From Candidatus Lustribacter sp. (GTDB taxonomy: Bacteria; Vulcanimicrobiota; Vulcanimicrobiia; Vulcanimicrobiales; Vulcanimicrobiaceae), in assembly GCA_965277805.1 (NCBI GenBank), contig OZ255842.1:1440001-1504000 (forward strand): a DNA stretch of 64,000 nucleotides, given 5' to 3'. The translations under genes and the position numbers were made by a program. The notes beneath the pieces are model-generated. The model saw only the letters and a program-made list of their open reading frames with translations, ran no database searches and had not been told where the DNA came from. This document shows positions 39,249 through 48,727 of the stretch, in pieces. Every line of letters starts with the position of its first letter. Positions within the stretch are counted from its first letter, which is position 1.

Positions 39249-40394
39249 ATGCTGGTAAAGCACCGTTCTTCCCATGACCGCATGGCGATGTACAACCGCA
39301 ACAAGCTCAAGCTGGGCTTGTTCGGTGCGAATTGCTCGTCCGGGCGGGCTGCGACGCGGGTTCCGGAGCGGTGGTCGGGCTCGTGGGAAGACAACCTGCG
39401 GATGGCACAACTCGCGGATGCGGCCGGCATCGACTTTTTGCTGCCGATCGGGCGCTGGCGAGGCTACGGGGGCGAAACGAACTTCGAGGGCTCGACGTAC
39501 GAGACGATCACCTGGGCGTGCGGGCTGCTCGCGGCAACCGAACGAATCCACGTGTTCGGGACCGTTCACGCGCCGCTGCTTCACCCGGTGTTTGCCGCGA
39601 AGCAAATGGTGACGGCCGACCACATGGGCCGCGGCCGCTTCGGCCTCAACATCGTCTGCGGCTGGAACGTGGACGAGTTTGCCATGTTCGGGGTCGATCC
39701 CAAGGCGCACGACGCGCGTTACCAGCACGGTGAAGAATGGATTCGTGCCATCTACGAGATGTGGGATTCGCCCGAAGCGTTCGATTTCGAAGGCGAATAT
39801 TTCTCACTCAAGCGCGTCGTATCGGATCCGAAGCCCTACGGCGGGACTCGGCCGATCGTCATGAATGCCGCTTTCTCGCCGGCCGGACGCGAGTTCGCCT
39901 ATCGCAACTGCGACTTCTTGTTCACGCTGCTGCGCGATCACGCGCAGGGCGCCGACGCGGTTGCACAAACGCGGGCTGGCGCGCAAGCATACGGACGCGA
40001 CGTCGGGGTCTTCACCCCAGGGTACATCGTCTGCCGTCCGACGCGTAAAGAGGCCGAAGATTACCATCGCTATTATGCCGAGGAGAACGGCGACTGGGAA
40101 GCGGTGGAAGGATTGGTCGGAACCCAGGCGCGCAGCAATTCAAGCGCGCACGACCCCGAGGTGTTCCGGCAATTGAGAATCCGTTACGCGGGCGGACACG
40201 GCGGCTTTCCGCTCATCGGTTCACCCGACGACGTTGCAGCCGAGCTCGCGCAGATCTCGGCCGACGGCTTCGACGGCTACGCATTCTCATTCGTCAACTA
40301 CGTCACCGAATTGCCCTTTTTTGCAGCCGAAGTGCTGCCGCGGCTCGAGCGGCTCGGCGTTCGAGCACCCATGACGTCGGGAGATCCGCATTGA
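39249..40394 (+). CDS. LLM class (luciferase-like) flavin-dependent monooxygenase
   Basis: KLGLFGANCSSG, RWRGYGG, HPVFAAK..T.DH..GRFGLNIVCGW, FAAEVLPRL. Confidence 0.9.
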   Translation: MLVKHRSSHDRMAMYNRNKLKLGLFGANCSSGRAATRVPERWSGSWEDNLRMAQLADAAGIDFLLPIGRWRGYGGETNFEGSTYETITWACGLLAATERIHVFGTVHAPLLHPVFAAKQMVTADHMGRGRFGLNIVCGWNVDEFAMFGVDPKAHDARYQHGEEWIRAIYEMWDSPEAFDFEGEYFSLKRVVSDPKPYGGTRPIVMNAAFSPAGREFAYRNCDFLFTLLRDHAQGADAVAQTRAGAQAYGRDVGVFTPGYIVCRPTRKEAEDYHRYYAEENGDWEAVEGLVGTQARSNSSAHDPEVFRQLRIRYAGGHGGFPLIGSPDDVAAELAQISADGFDGYAFSFVNYVTELPFFAAEVLPRLERLGVRAPMTSGDPH

Positions 40395-41563
40395 ACTTCA
40401 AACGTGCGAGCACCCAGCTGCTGCTGGCGCTCTTCTTGCTCGCGGCGCTCCCCGCACGTGCGGCCGACGAACCCTACGATTTCTACGCGATCCTTTCACT
40501 GACCGGGGCGGCGGCGTTTCTCGGGCACGGCGAACAGGTATCGCTCACGGCCGTCGAGCGCTACGTCAACGCCACCGGCGGGATCAAAGGACGGCCGATC
40601 CACTTCGTGACCGTGGACGATCAATCGAATCCCGCGGTTGCCGTCCAGCTCGCGAATCAAATGTTCGCGCAACACATACCGGCGTTCATCGGGCCGTCGT
40701 TCGGGGCAACGTGCACGGCGCTGCTGCCGCTGGTGAACGACGGGCCGGTCATGTATTGCCTCGCGAACGTCATCCACCCGCCGAACGGCAGCTACGCGTT
40801 TTCGGCCAATCCCTCGACCAAGGATTTCACGGCGGCGGCGTTCCGCTACCTCAAGGCCAAAGGCGTGCGCAAAATCGCGCTGCTGACGTCGACCGACGCG
40901 TCCGGCCAGGACGGTGAGCAAGTCGCGCTTGAAGACCTGCGCAGCCCTGAATTCCGCGACCTGCAACTCGTTGCGAACGAGCATTTCGCGGTGGGCGACC
41001 TCACGGTGAGCGCGCAGGTGGCGCGCATCAAAGCAGCCGGCGCACAGGCGGTCGATGCCTGGACAACCGGCACGCCCTTCGGCACCGTCCTGCGGGGCGT
41101 ACAAGCGGGCGCGTGGGACGGCATCGTGATGACGAACGGCGGAAACATCAACACATCGCAGATGCAGCAGTACGCACAATTCATCCCGCGCGACATGATC
41201 TTCACAGCACCCCCGTACATGTCGCTCGGTATTACTTCGCCCAAGGTGCGGCAAGCGAAGACGACTTATCTCGAACAGATGCACGCGATCGGCGTCGCGG
41301 TCCCGGATCAGACGAACCTCATTGCTTGGGATCCGATGATGATCATGGTGGACGCGCTACGCCACATCGGTCCGTCCGCGACCGCGCTTCAAATGCGCAA
41401 TTACATGCTTACGCTCCACGACTTTGCGGGCATCAACGGCGTCTACGATTTCCGCCGCGGCGATCAGCGCGGCGTCGATCCGCTCTCGAGTCCGATCGTG
41501 AAGTGGGATCCTGCGTCGAGCGAGTTTGTGACCATTAGCAAACCCGGAGGCCTGCCGCTTTAG
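40391..41563 (+). CDS. ABC substrate-binding protein, Leu/Ile/Val-binding family
   Basis: SLTGAAAFLG, GGIKGRPI..DDQSNP, GVYDFR. Confidence 0.87.
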   Translation: MNFKRASTQLLLALFLLAALPARAADEPYDFYAILSLTGAAAFLGHGEQVSLTAVERYVNATGGIKGRPIHFVTVDDQSNPAVAVQLANQMFAQHIPAFIGPSFGATCTALLPLVNDGPVMYCLANVIHPPNGSYAFSANPSTKDFTAAAFRYLKAKGVRKIALLTSTDASGQDGEQVALEDLRSPEFRDLQLVANEHFAVGDLTVSAQVARIKAAGAQAVDAWTTGTPFGTVLRGVQAGAWDGIVMTNGGNINTSQMQQYAQFIPRDMIFTAPPYMSLGITSPKVRQAKTTYLEQMHAIGVAVPDQTNLIAWDPMMIMVDALRHIGPSATALQMRNYMLTLHDFAGINGVYDFRRGDQRGVDPLSSPIVKWDPASSEFVTISKPGGLPL

Positions 41564-41593
41564 GGCAGCCGGAACTCGATCACGAGGTAGACC

Positions 41594-42793
41594 ATGCTCA
41601 ATCAATCCATGCGCCGAGCCGGCGCCGTGCTCGGCGCGTTGCTGCTGACGGCCGCGCTCTGGGGCCCGCCGGCCCGCGCTGCCGACGCACCAAGCGTCGA
41701 CGTCCCGGTCGTCGTGCCGCTCACCGGCGGCGCTGCCTTTCTCGGTCAGACGATGCAGGCCGGGCTGCGTCTCCTCGAGCAACGCGTCAACGCGTCGGGC
41801 GGCATCCGCAACCGGCCGCTGCGCTTCGTGTTCCTCGACGATCAGGGCCAGCCCCAGCTGGCCGTTCAAGTGATGAATCAGCTGCTCGCCCAGCACCCGC
41901 CGGTCATTCTCGCCGGCGCACTCGGCGCGACGTGCAAGAGCGTGATGCCGCTCGTCGAGCAGAACGGGCCGGTCCTCTACTGCTTAACGCCGGCGGTCGT
42001 CCCGGCTTCGGGCAGCTACGTCTTCTCCGCCGGCGTGTATCCGGGCGATGAGGTGCGGGCCGCGTTTCGCTTTTTCCGCGATCGCGGCTGGACGCGGATC
42101 GCGTTTCTCACCTCGACCGACGCGTCCGGCGAAGAAGCCGACGGCAACATGGTGCGGGATTCGCAAGCGCCGGAAAATCGTGCGCTGCAAGTGGTCGCGC
42201 ACGAACGGTTTAATCCGAACGACATTAATGCCGCCGCTCAAGTCGCGCGCATCAAAGCTGCGGGCGCGCAAGCCATGATCCTCTGGGCCAGCCCCGGCGT
42301 GCTGGCAGCGGCGTTTCACTCGATCAACGACGATGGGCTCGACATCCCGGTGCTCGTCAGCGACTCGATCATGAGCTACTCGATCATGGACCAATTCGCT
42401 ACGTTTTTGCCCAAGCAGCTCTACTTCGCGTCGAGCTCGTGGGCCGGCGCCTCGATTCTCGCGCCCGGTCCGCAGCGAACGAATAACCAAGCCGTGTACG
42501 CGGCCTTTCGCGCTGCGAACGTGCCCACCGATACGGGTCCGACGCAACCGTGGGATGCCGCCGCGATCGTCATCGACGCGCTGCGGAAAGCCGGTCCCGA
42601 CGCGGGCGCGCGGGCCGTACGCGACGCGATCGAGAGCCTGCACGGCTACGCCGGCATCATGGGAACGTATGATTTCCGGACCGCCGACCAACGCGGCCTC
42701 ACCGTCAAGGACGTGATGATCTACCAGTGGCTGAAGGACCAGCGCGTCTGGCAGCCGGCGAGCCTCGGCGGCGGCGCGCTGCTACGGCGCTAA
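41594..42793 (+). CDS. ABC substrate-binding protein, Leu/Ile/Val-binding family
   Basis: GAGG RBS; PLTGGAAFLG, GGIRNRPL..DDQG.P, GTYDFR. Confidence 0.87.
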   Translation: MLNQSMRRAGAVLGALLLTAALWGPPARAADAPSVDVPVVVPLTGGAAFLGQTMQAGLRLLEQRVNASGGIRNRPLRFVFLDDQGQPQLAVQVMNQLLAQHPPVILAGALGATCKSVMPLVEQNGPVLYCLTPAVVPASGSYVFSAGVYPGDEVRAAFRFFRDRGWTRIAFLTSTDASGEEADGNMVRDSQAPENRALQVVAHERFNPNDINAAAQVARIKAAGAQAMILWASPGVLAAAFHSINDDGLDIPVLVSDSIMSYSIMDQFATFLPKQLYFASSSWAGASILAPGPQRTNNQAVYAAFRAANVPTDTGPTQPWDAAAIVIDALRKAGPDAGARAVRDAIESLHGYAGIMGTYDFRTADQRGLTVKDVMIYQWLKDQRVWQPASLGGGALLRR

Positions 42794-43957
42794 GCGCGGC
42801 AGCCGCCACAACAGCGCTGCGCCGAGCGCAAACTCGACGACGACGAGCAACAGCGCGACGCGCGGACCGAGGCCCGCGCTGCGCGCATCGAGTGCGGTGA
42901 CCAGCGGCGCCGTGATCGCGGGCGCGACGATCTGCGGAATCGCCGCTGCGAGGTTCCACACGCCCATCGCCGACGCCATCGCGTCGCGCGGCAGCACCGC
43001 ATAAGCGATGGCCCAATCGGCAGTGAAAAACGCGCCCCACGCGCAGCCCGACGCGATTGCGGCGGCGAACGCGACGAGCGGGTTGAGGGCGAGCGCAAAG
43101 GCGCCGACGGCAATTGCGATCGCGACGGCCGCGACGCTCACCACGATGCGCTTGTCGATGCGGTCGGCTGCGGGTCCCGCGAGTGCGGCTCCCGCAACGC
43201 CCGCGATCGTAAACGCCACAAACAGCAGCCCCGTCGTCGTGCGCGCGTCGGCGACGTGCAGTGACTCGCGCACGAAGAAGAACAAGAAGCCGAAGAGCGT
43301 GTAAAATCCGACGTTAATCGCCGCGCGCGAGAATAGTACCGTCAACAGCGGCGCGGTCATGCGGAGCGCGCCCGGCCGCACGTTCGCGGCCGGCAGCGTG
43401 CGCAAATGCGCGAGCGCGACGGCCGTTCCGGCAACGAGTGCGACCACGAGCACGGCCGCAGCGATGAGTCCTTGCAGCGCGGCGGCGACGAGCAAGCCGG
43501 TGACGCTGCCGGCAAGCGACGAAACGCTCATCCAAGCCGATGCGCGGCCGCGCCGCTCGTCGCCGATCGCATCGGAAATCGCGGCCTGGTAGGGGCCGCC
43601 GGCGAGATTCATTCCGATTTGCAGCGCGGCGAACGCGGCCGCGAGCAGCCCGAGCGACGGCGCAGCGAAAAATGCGATGAGCGCAAGCGCGGCGATCGCC
43701 ACGCCCGCGACATAGAATTCGCGCCGGTGGCCGGCGATCGCGATGCGCCGGTCCGACGCAAAGCCGGCCGCCAGCTGCACCGCGGCGGCGATCAGCGCTC
43801 CACCCGATGCGATCCACGCATACGCGACGACGCCGCCGGCCGGCGCGAGCGCTTGGATGCGGCTCTGCAAAAACACGCCGAGGATCGCACTCCAGACGGC
43901 CTGGTTCCCGAACCACAGGGCGCTGATGCGCGCCGGACTCGCCGTCACCGGCTGCAT
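42782..43957 (-). CDS. MFS transporter
   Basis: About 12 hydrophobic segments; GFASDR and GPAADRIDKR (motif A). Confidence 0.85.
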   Translation of the reverse strand: MQPVTASPARISALWFGNQAVWSAILGVFLQSRIQALAPAGGVVAYAWIASGGALIAAAVQLAAGFASDRRIAIAGHRREFYVAGVAIAALALIAFFAAPSLGLLAAAFAALQIGMNLAGGPYQAAISDAIGDERRGRASAWMSVSSLAGSVTGLLVAAALQGLIAAAVLVVALVAGTAVALAHLRTLPAANVRPGALRMTAPLLTVLFSRAAINVGFYTLFGFLFFFVRESLHVADARTTTGLLFVAFTIAGVAGAALAGPAADRIDKRIVVSVAAVAIAIAVGAFALALNPLVAFAAAIASGCAWGAFFTADWAIAYAVLPRDAMASAMGVWNLAAAIPQIVAPAITAPLVTALDARSAGLGPRVALLLVVVEFALGAALLWRLPRLAP

Positions 43958-44670
43958 GCGTAGCGGTAGTCTTCCAGCGTGTCGATGTCGTAGCACAGGC
44001 CGGGCGCCGCGTCGCGTATCGCGGCCGCGCGTGCGCCGAGCACCGCCTCCGCCCGGCGTTCGATGTCGTCGATCCGCAAACGGCGTATGATGTAGCGCAC
44101 GAGCAGTGCGGGCCCGAGCAAACGCGCCATCCCCACGGCGCTCTTGCGCGCCTGGAAGAAGCGGCCCGCCACGGTTCGCACCGCTGCGCGCGCACTGCTG
44201 CGAATGAAGAAGACGCTGCCGTTGGCCACCCGCTCGCCGCCCAGCTCCGTGACGTGCGGCGGCGCGCCGGGATAGGCCGCCTCGTAGGCGGCGGCGCCGG
44301 CGAGCGGCAGCGTCAGATCGTAGGCGGCGCCGGCGCCGAGGTACGCGGCGAGGCCGGCCGCGGTGATGAAGGGCAGATCGCTCGTGGCAAAGAGCAGGTC
44401 GTCCTCCTGGGGCCACGCGTCGAGCGCGCGGGCGACGTTGGCCGCCCCGCCGGCCGCGGCGGGGATCAGGCGGGCCGTGCCGCGGTGGGGCTCGATCTCC
44501 GCGCTGCCGACGATCGCGACGTCACCGATGCCGGCGCCGGTGATCGCCCTCAGCACCGCGTCGAGCAAGACCCCGTTGCCGAAGGGAGCAAGCGCCTTCA
44601 CCGGCGTGCCGATGGCGGCGGCGAACGCCTCGTCGACGCGGCCCCCGGCCGTCACCACCGCGCGTAACAT
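43945..44670 (-). CDS. MobA-like NTP transferase domain protein
   Basis: AVVTAGG..KALAP, TSDLP, YDIDTLEDY. Confidence 0.8.
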   Translation of the reverse strand: MLRAVVTAGGRVDEAFAAAIGTPVKALAPFGNGVLLDAVLRAITGAGIGDVAIVGSAEIEPHRGTARLIPAAAGGAANVARALDAWPQEDDLLFATSDLPFITAAGLAAYLGAGAAYDLTLPLAGAAAYEAAYPGAPPHVTELGGERVANGSVFFIRSSARAAVRTVAGRFFQARKSAVGMARLLGPALLVRYIIRRLRIDDIERRAEAVLGARAAAIRDAAPGLCYDIDTLEDYRYACSR

Positions 44671-44762
44671 TGGATTCACGTTCCGTGAATCTCCAGCGTT
44701 CGGCCTTCGGCCGAGCCGCCGCGGGCGGGGAACGGTGATTCGGCCGCCCAATCTACACCGGA

Positions 44763-47700
44763 ATGTCCCGGCGTTCAATCCTCGTCATCGGCTCTGGTCC
44801 GATCGTCATCGGTCAAGCCGCCGAGTTCGACTACGCCGGTGTTCAGGCGTGCCGTGCCCTGCGCGACGAAGGCCACCGCGTCGTACTCGTCAACTCGAAT
44901 CCGGCCACGATCATGACCGATCCCGAGATCGCGGACGCCGTCTACCTCGAGCCGTTGACGGTGAAGTCGATCGAGGCTATCATCGCCCGCGAACGCCCCG
45001 ATGCGCTCTTGCCGACGCTGGGCGGCCAGACCGGCCTGAACATGGCCGTCGAACTGTCTGCGGCCGGCGTGCTCGCGCGCTACGATGTCGAACTGCTCGG
45101 CACGCCGCTCGATACGATCCAGCTGGCCGAAGACCGCGAACGCTTCAAGACCAAGATGATCGAGATCGGCGAGCCGGTGCCGCCGAGCATCGTCGTCACC
45201 GACGTCGAGTCCGCGATCGAGTTCGCAGCGGAGCACGATTACCCGCTGATCGTCCGGCCGGCCTACACGCTCGGCGGCACCGGCGGCGGCCTCGTGCACA
45301 ACGAAGCCGAGCTGCGGGCCACGCTTGCGACCGGCCTCGCGGCGTCGATCATCAATCAGGCGCTGGTCGAGACGTCGCTGTTAGGCTGGAAAGAGCTGGA
45401 GTACGAAGTGCTCCGCGACAAAGCCAACAATTGCATCGTCGTCTGCAACATGGAGAACATCGATCCGGTCGGCGTGCACACCGGCGATTCGATCGTCGTC
45501 GCGCCCTCGCAGACGCTCAGCGACCTCGACTACCAGATGCTGCGCACGGCCAGCATCAACGTCATCCGCGCGCTCAACGTGCAGGGCGGCTGCAACATCC
45601 AGTTCGCGCTGCATCCCGACCGTCGCGAGTATCAGATCATCGAGGTCAACCCGCGCGTGTCGCGTTCGTCGGCGCTGGCGTCCAAAGCGACGGGTTATCC
45701 GATCGCGAAGATCTCGACGCTGATCGCGCTCGGCAAGACGCTCGACGAAATTCCCAACCCCGTCACCGGCATCACCAAGGCCGCCTACGAACCGACGCTC
45801 GATTACTGCGTGGTGAAGTTTCCGCGCTGGCCGTTCGACAAGTTTCCGCTGGCCGATTTTCGCCTCGGCACGCAGATGAAATCGACCGGCGAGGCGATGG
45901 GCATCGGCCGCACGTTTGCCGCCGCGTTGATGAAGGCGATTCGCGGGCTCGACCTCAAGTTCGAAACGCTGACCGGCGGCGCGTTTGCCGAATGGAGCGA
46001 TGAAGAACTCTGGCGCGCCGTCGAGGAGCCGACGCACGACCGGCTCTTCGCGGTCTGCGAACTGTTGCGCCGCGAGCGCAGCATCGAGGACATCCGCGCG
46101 CGCTCGTCGATCGATCGCTTTTGGCTGTGGGAACTCGAAGAGCTGGTGGAGCTCGAGGACGAACTGCGCAAGTTCAAGAGCAAACCCGGCCAGCCGATGA
46201 TGTATCCGCCGCCGGCACTGATCAAGCTCGCGATCGAAGCGGGCTACTCGACGCGCGGCATCAACTCGCTCTTCGGCGGCGAGTTCAAGAGCGTCAACGA
46301 TCGCGGCCAGTTCCGCATGGTCGACACGGCCGCTGCCGAGTTTCCCGCGCGCTCGCCGTACTATTATCTCTCGCGCTTCGAAGCCGACGAGATGCGCAAG
46401 CCGCCGAATCCGGCCGTCGTCGTCGTAGGGAGCGGTCCGATCCGCATCGGTCAGGGCATCGAATTCGACTACTCGTGCGTCCACGCGGCGTGGGCCTTGC
46501 GCGATGCCGGGCGGTCGGCCGTGGTGGTCAACAACAACCCGGAAACGGTGTCGACCGACTTCGACATCTCCGACGTGCTGGTGTTCGAACCGCCGGGTCC
46601 GGACGAAGTCGAACTTGCGTATCGCGCCACCGGCGCCGAGGGCGTAATGCTCGCGTTCGGCGGACAGACGGCGATCAATCTGGCCGACGAACTCGCGCGC
46701 CGCGGCGTGAAGATCATCGGCAGCGATCAGCGTTCGCTCGATCTCGCGGAAGATCGCGAAAAGTTCGAAGCGGTGCTCGAGCGGCTCGGCGTCGCGCGCC
46801 CGCAGGGCCGCGCCGCGAAGACGTTCCGCGAAGCGCGCATCACCGCGCGCGAACTCGGTTTCCCCGTCATCGTACGGCCCTCGTACGTGCTCGGCGGCCG
46901 CGGCATGGAGATCGTGCACAACGAAGCGCAGCTCGCGTCCTACGTCGAGAGCGCGCCGCCGATCACGCCCGGTGCGCCGCTGCTCGTCGACAAGTACCTG
47001 CGCGGCCTGGAAGTCGAGGTCGACGCGGCCTTCGACGGCGAGGACATCCTTATCCCCGGCATCTTCGAGCACGTCGAACGCGCCGGCGTTCACTCCGGCG
47101 ACTCGATCTCGGTGTTCCCGACGCAAACCGTCAGCCCCGAGATGGAAACGCGCATCTGCAGCGTGACGGAAGCCGTAGCGCGCGAACTCGGCATCCGCGG
47201 GCTGATCAACATCCAGTTCGTGATCCACGCGAACGATCTCTACATTCTCGAGGCCAACCCGCGCGCCAGCCGCACGGTGCCGATCATCTCGAAAGCGACC
47301 GGCATCAACCTCGTCGCGGCGGCCACGCGGATCGCGCTCGGCGAGAAGCTGCGCGGCATGCCGTGGGGGACGGGGCTGCGCCCGCGTCCGGCCTACACGG
47401 TCGTCAAAGTGCCGGTGTTCTCGTTTGCGAAGATGCGCGGCGTCGAAACGATCCTCGGACCCGAGATGAAGTCGACCGGCGAAGTGCTCGGCATCGATGA
47501 GACCTACGCCGGCGCGCTGCTCAAGGGCTTTCTCGGCGCCGGCATCCGTTTGCCGAAAGAAGGCGGCCGCGTGCTGGTCTCGATCTCGGATGAAGAGAAG
47601 CCCGAGTCGGTCGCGATCCTGCGCCGCTTCGTCGATCTCGGCTTCACCCTCGTCGCCACGCGCGGCACGCACGATCTGCTGGAAAAACACGGCATCCCGC

Positions 47701-47978
47701 ACGAGACGATCAACGCGATCGCCGACGGTTCGCCCAACGTGCTCGATGCGATCAGCAAACGCACCGTCGATCTCGTGATCAACAATGCCGGCGGCGCGCG
47801 CCGCGATTCGACCGACAACTTTCGCATCCGGCGCGCCGCGGTCGAAGCGTCGATCGCGTGCCTCACCAGCCTCGACACGGCCGCCGCGCTGGCAACGGCG
47901 CTGGCCTCGGATCCCGGTCCGCCGCGTTCGCTGCAAGAATACCAAGCGTTGCATCGCGAGACGATCGGAGCGATTTAG
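44763..47978 (+). CDS. carB: Carbamoyl-phosphate synthase large subunit
   Basis: GSGPIVIGQAAEFDYAG, two ATP-grasp halves (HTGDS / HSGDS), MKSTGE twice, MGS domain. Confidence 0.97.
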   Translation: MSRRSILVIGSGPIVIGQAAEFDYAGVQACRALRDEGHRVVLVNSNPATIMTDPEIADAVYLEPLTVKSIEAIIARERPDALLPTLGGQTGLNMAVELSAAGVLARYDVELLGTPLDTIQLAEDRERFKTKMIEIGEPVPPSIVVTDVESAIEFAAEHDYPLIVRPAYTLGGTGGGLVHNEAELRATLATGLAASIINQALVETSLLGWKELEYEVLRDKANNCIVVCNMENIDPVGVHTGDSIVVAPSQTLSDLDYQMLRTASINVIRALNVQGGCNIQFALHPDRREYQIIEVNPRVSRSSALASKATGYPIAKISTLIALGKTLDEIPNPVTGITKAAYEPTLDYCVVKFPRWPFDKFPLADFRLGTQMKSTGEAMGIGRTFAAALMKAIRGLDLKFETLTGGAFAEWSDEELWRAVEEPTHDRLFAVCELLRRERSIEDIRARSSIDRFWLWELEELVELEDELRKFKSKPGQPMMYPPPALIKLAIEAGYSTRGINSLFGGEFKSVNDRGQFRMVDTAAAEFPARSPYYYLSRFEADEMRKPPNPAVVVVGSGPIRIGQGIEFDYSCVHAAWALRDAGRSAVVVNNNPETVSTDFDISDVLVFEPPGPDEVELAYRATGAEGVMLAFGGQTAINLADELARRGVKIIGSDQRSLDLAEDREKFEAVLERLGVARPQGRAAKTFREARITARELGFPVIVRPSYVLGGRGMEIVHNEAQLASYVESAPPITPGAPLLVDKYLRGLEVEVDAAFDGEDILIPGIFEHVERAGVHSGDSISVFPTQTVSPEMETRICSVTEAVARELGIRGLINIQFVIHANDLYILEANPRASRTVPIISKATGINLVAAATRIALGEKLRGMPWGTGLRPRPAYTVVKVPVFSFAKMRGVETILGPEMKSTGEVLGIDETYAGALLKGFLGAGIRLPKEGGRVLVSISDEEKPESVAILRRFVDLGFTLVATRGTHDLLEKHGIPHETINAIADGSPNVLDAISKRTVDLVINNAGGARRDSTDNFRIRRAAVEASIACLTSLDTAAALATALASDPGPPRSLQEYQALHRETIGAI

Positions 47979-48727
47979 TGGAACCAGCGGATGACGCGGC
48001 CGAACCCTACGCGTTCGTGTTGGGCGGCAACGCCAACACGCTGGCGTTCACCTCGAGCCTCGTTCCGGAAAACCGTCAGATCGCGGCCTGGCTCGTACCC
48101 CTGGCGTGGACGCCGATCGGCGTCGTGCTCGGCGAGAACTGGCAGCGCGTCAACGTCGCGGCCGACAACCTTGCAGCGTGGGGCGATACGACCTTCGCGC
48201 CCGACGACGAGCGCGCGTTCGTCTCATCGGCGCGCGATCTCGAGATGCTGGCGCGCATCGGCTGGAGCGCGCCCGTGCCGGCCGAGCTGAACGAAGGGAC
48301 GCTCGTCAATCCCGACGATCTGCCCGAAGATCTGCTGGAAGCGTTCGCGCATCCGGCCGAAACGCTCGTGCAGTGCGCGATCTGCCGGCGTTCGTGCGTG
48401 CGCGATGACTTCGTGTGGAACGAACGGCGTTTGTGCGCGTGGGATTTCCACGCCACCGTATTCGGCAAGCGCGGGCCGTGGCACGCCGAGCCCTACGAAG
48501 AGCGGCATTTCGCGACGCTGCCGTCGTGCAAGTACGTCGCGCATCCGCTGCTCGAAGATATCGGCGTCGATGCGATCATGGCGCTCGACGGCATCGACGG
48601 CGAGCTCGCGCACCGCATCATCAACGAGGTGATCGCTGCCGATCCGACGCGCGCGCACCTTGCCGTGCAGACCTTGGGTGGCTTCACGCTCCTGCGCGAA
48701 CGCAACACCACGGGGGTCGAATCCTGA
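47978..48727 (+). CDS. Hypothetical protein with Cys/His cluster
   Basis: GTG overlaps the carB stop. CAIC...C...LCAWDFH. Confidence 0.65.
   Translation: MEPADDAAEPYAFVLGGNANTLAFTSSLVPENRQIAAWLVPLAWTPIGVVLGENWQRVNVAADNLAAWGDTTFAPDDERAFVSSARDLEMLARIGWSAPVPAELNEGTLVNPDDLPEDLLEAFAHPAETLVQCAICRRSCVRDDFVWNERRLCAWDFHATVFGKRGPWHAEPYEERHFATLPSCKYVAHPLLEDIGVDAIMALDGIDGELAHRIINEVIAADPTRAHLAVQTLGGFTLLRERNTTGVES

Noticed and set aside
45381-47954. 857-aa minus-strand ORF (similarly 25561-27753, 18457-20178, 48493-49974)
   Set aside because: Antisense shadows of carB, valS, nrdJ and pbpA, expected at high GC3; no motifs
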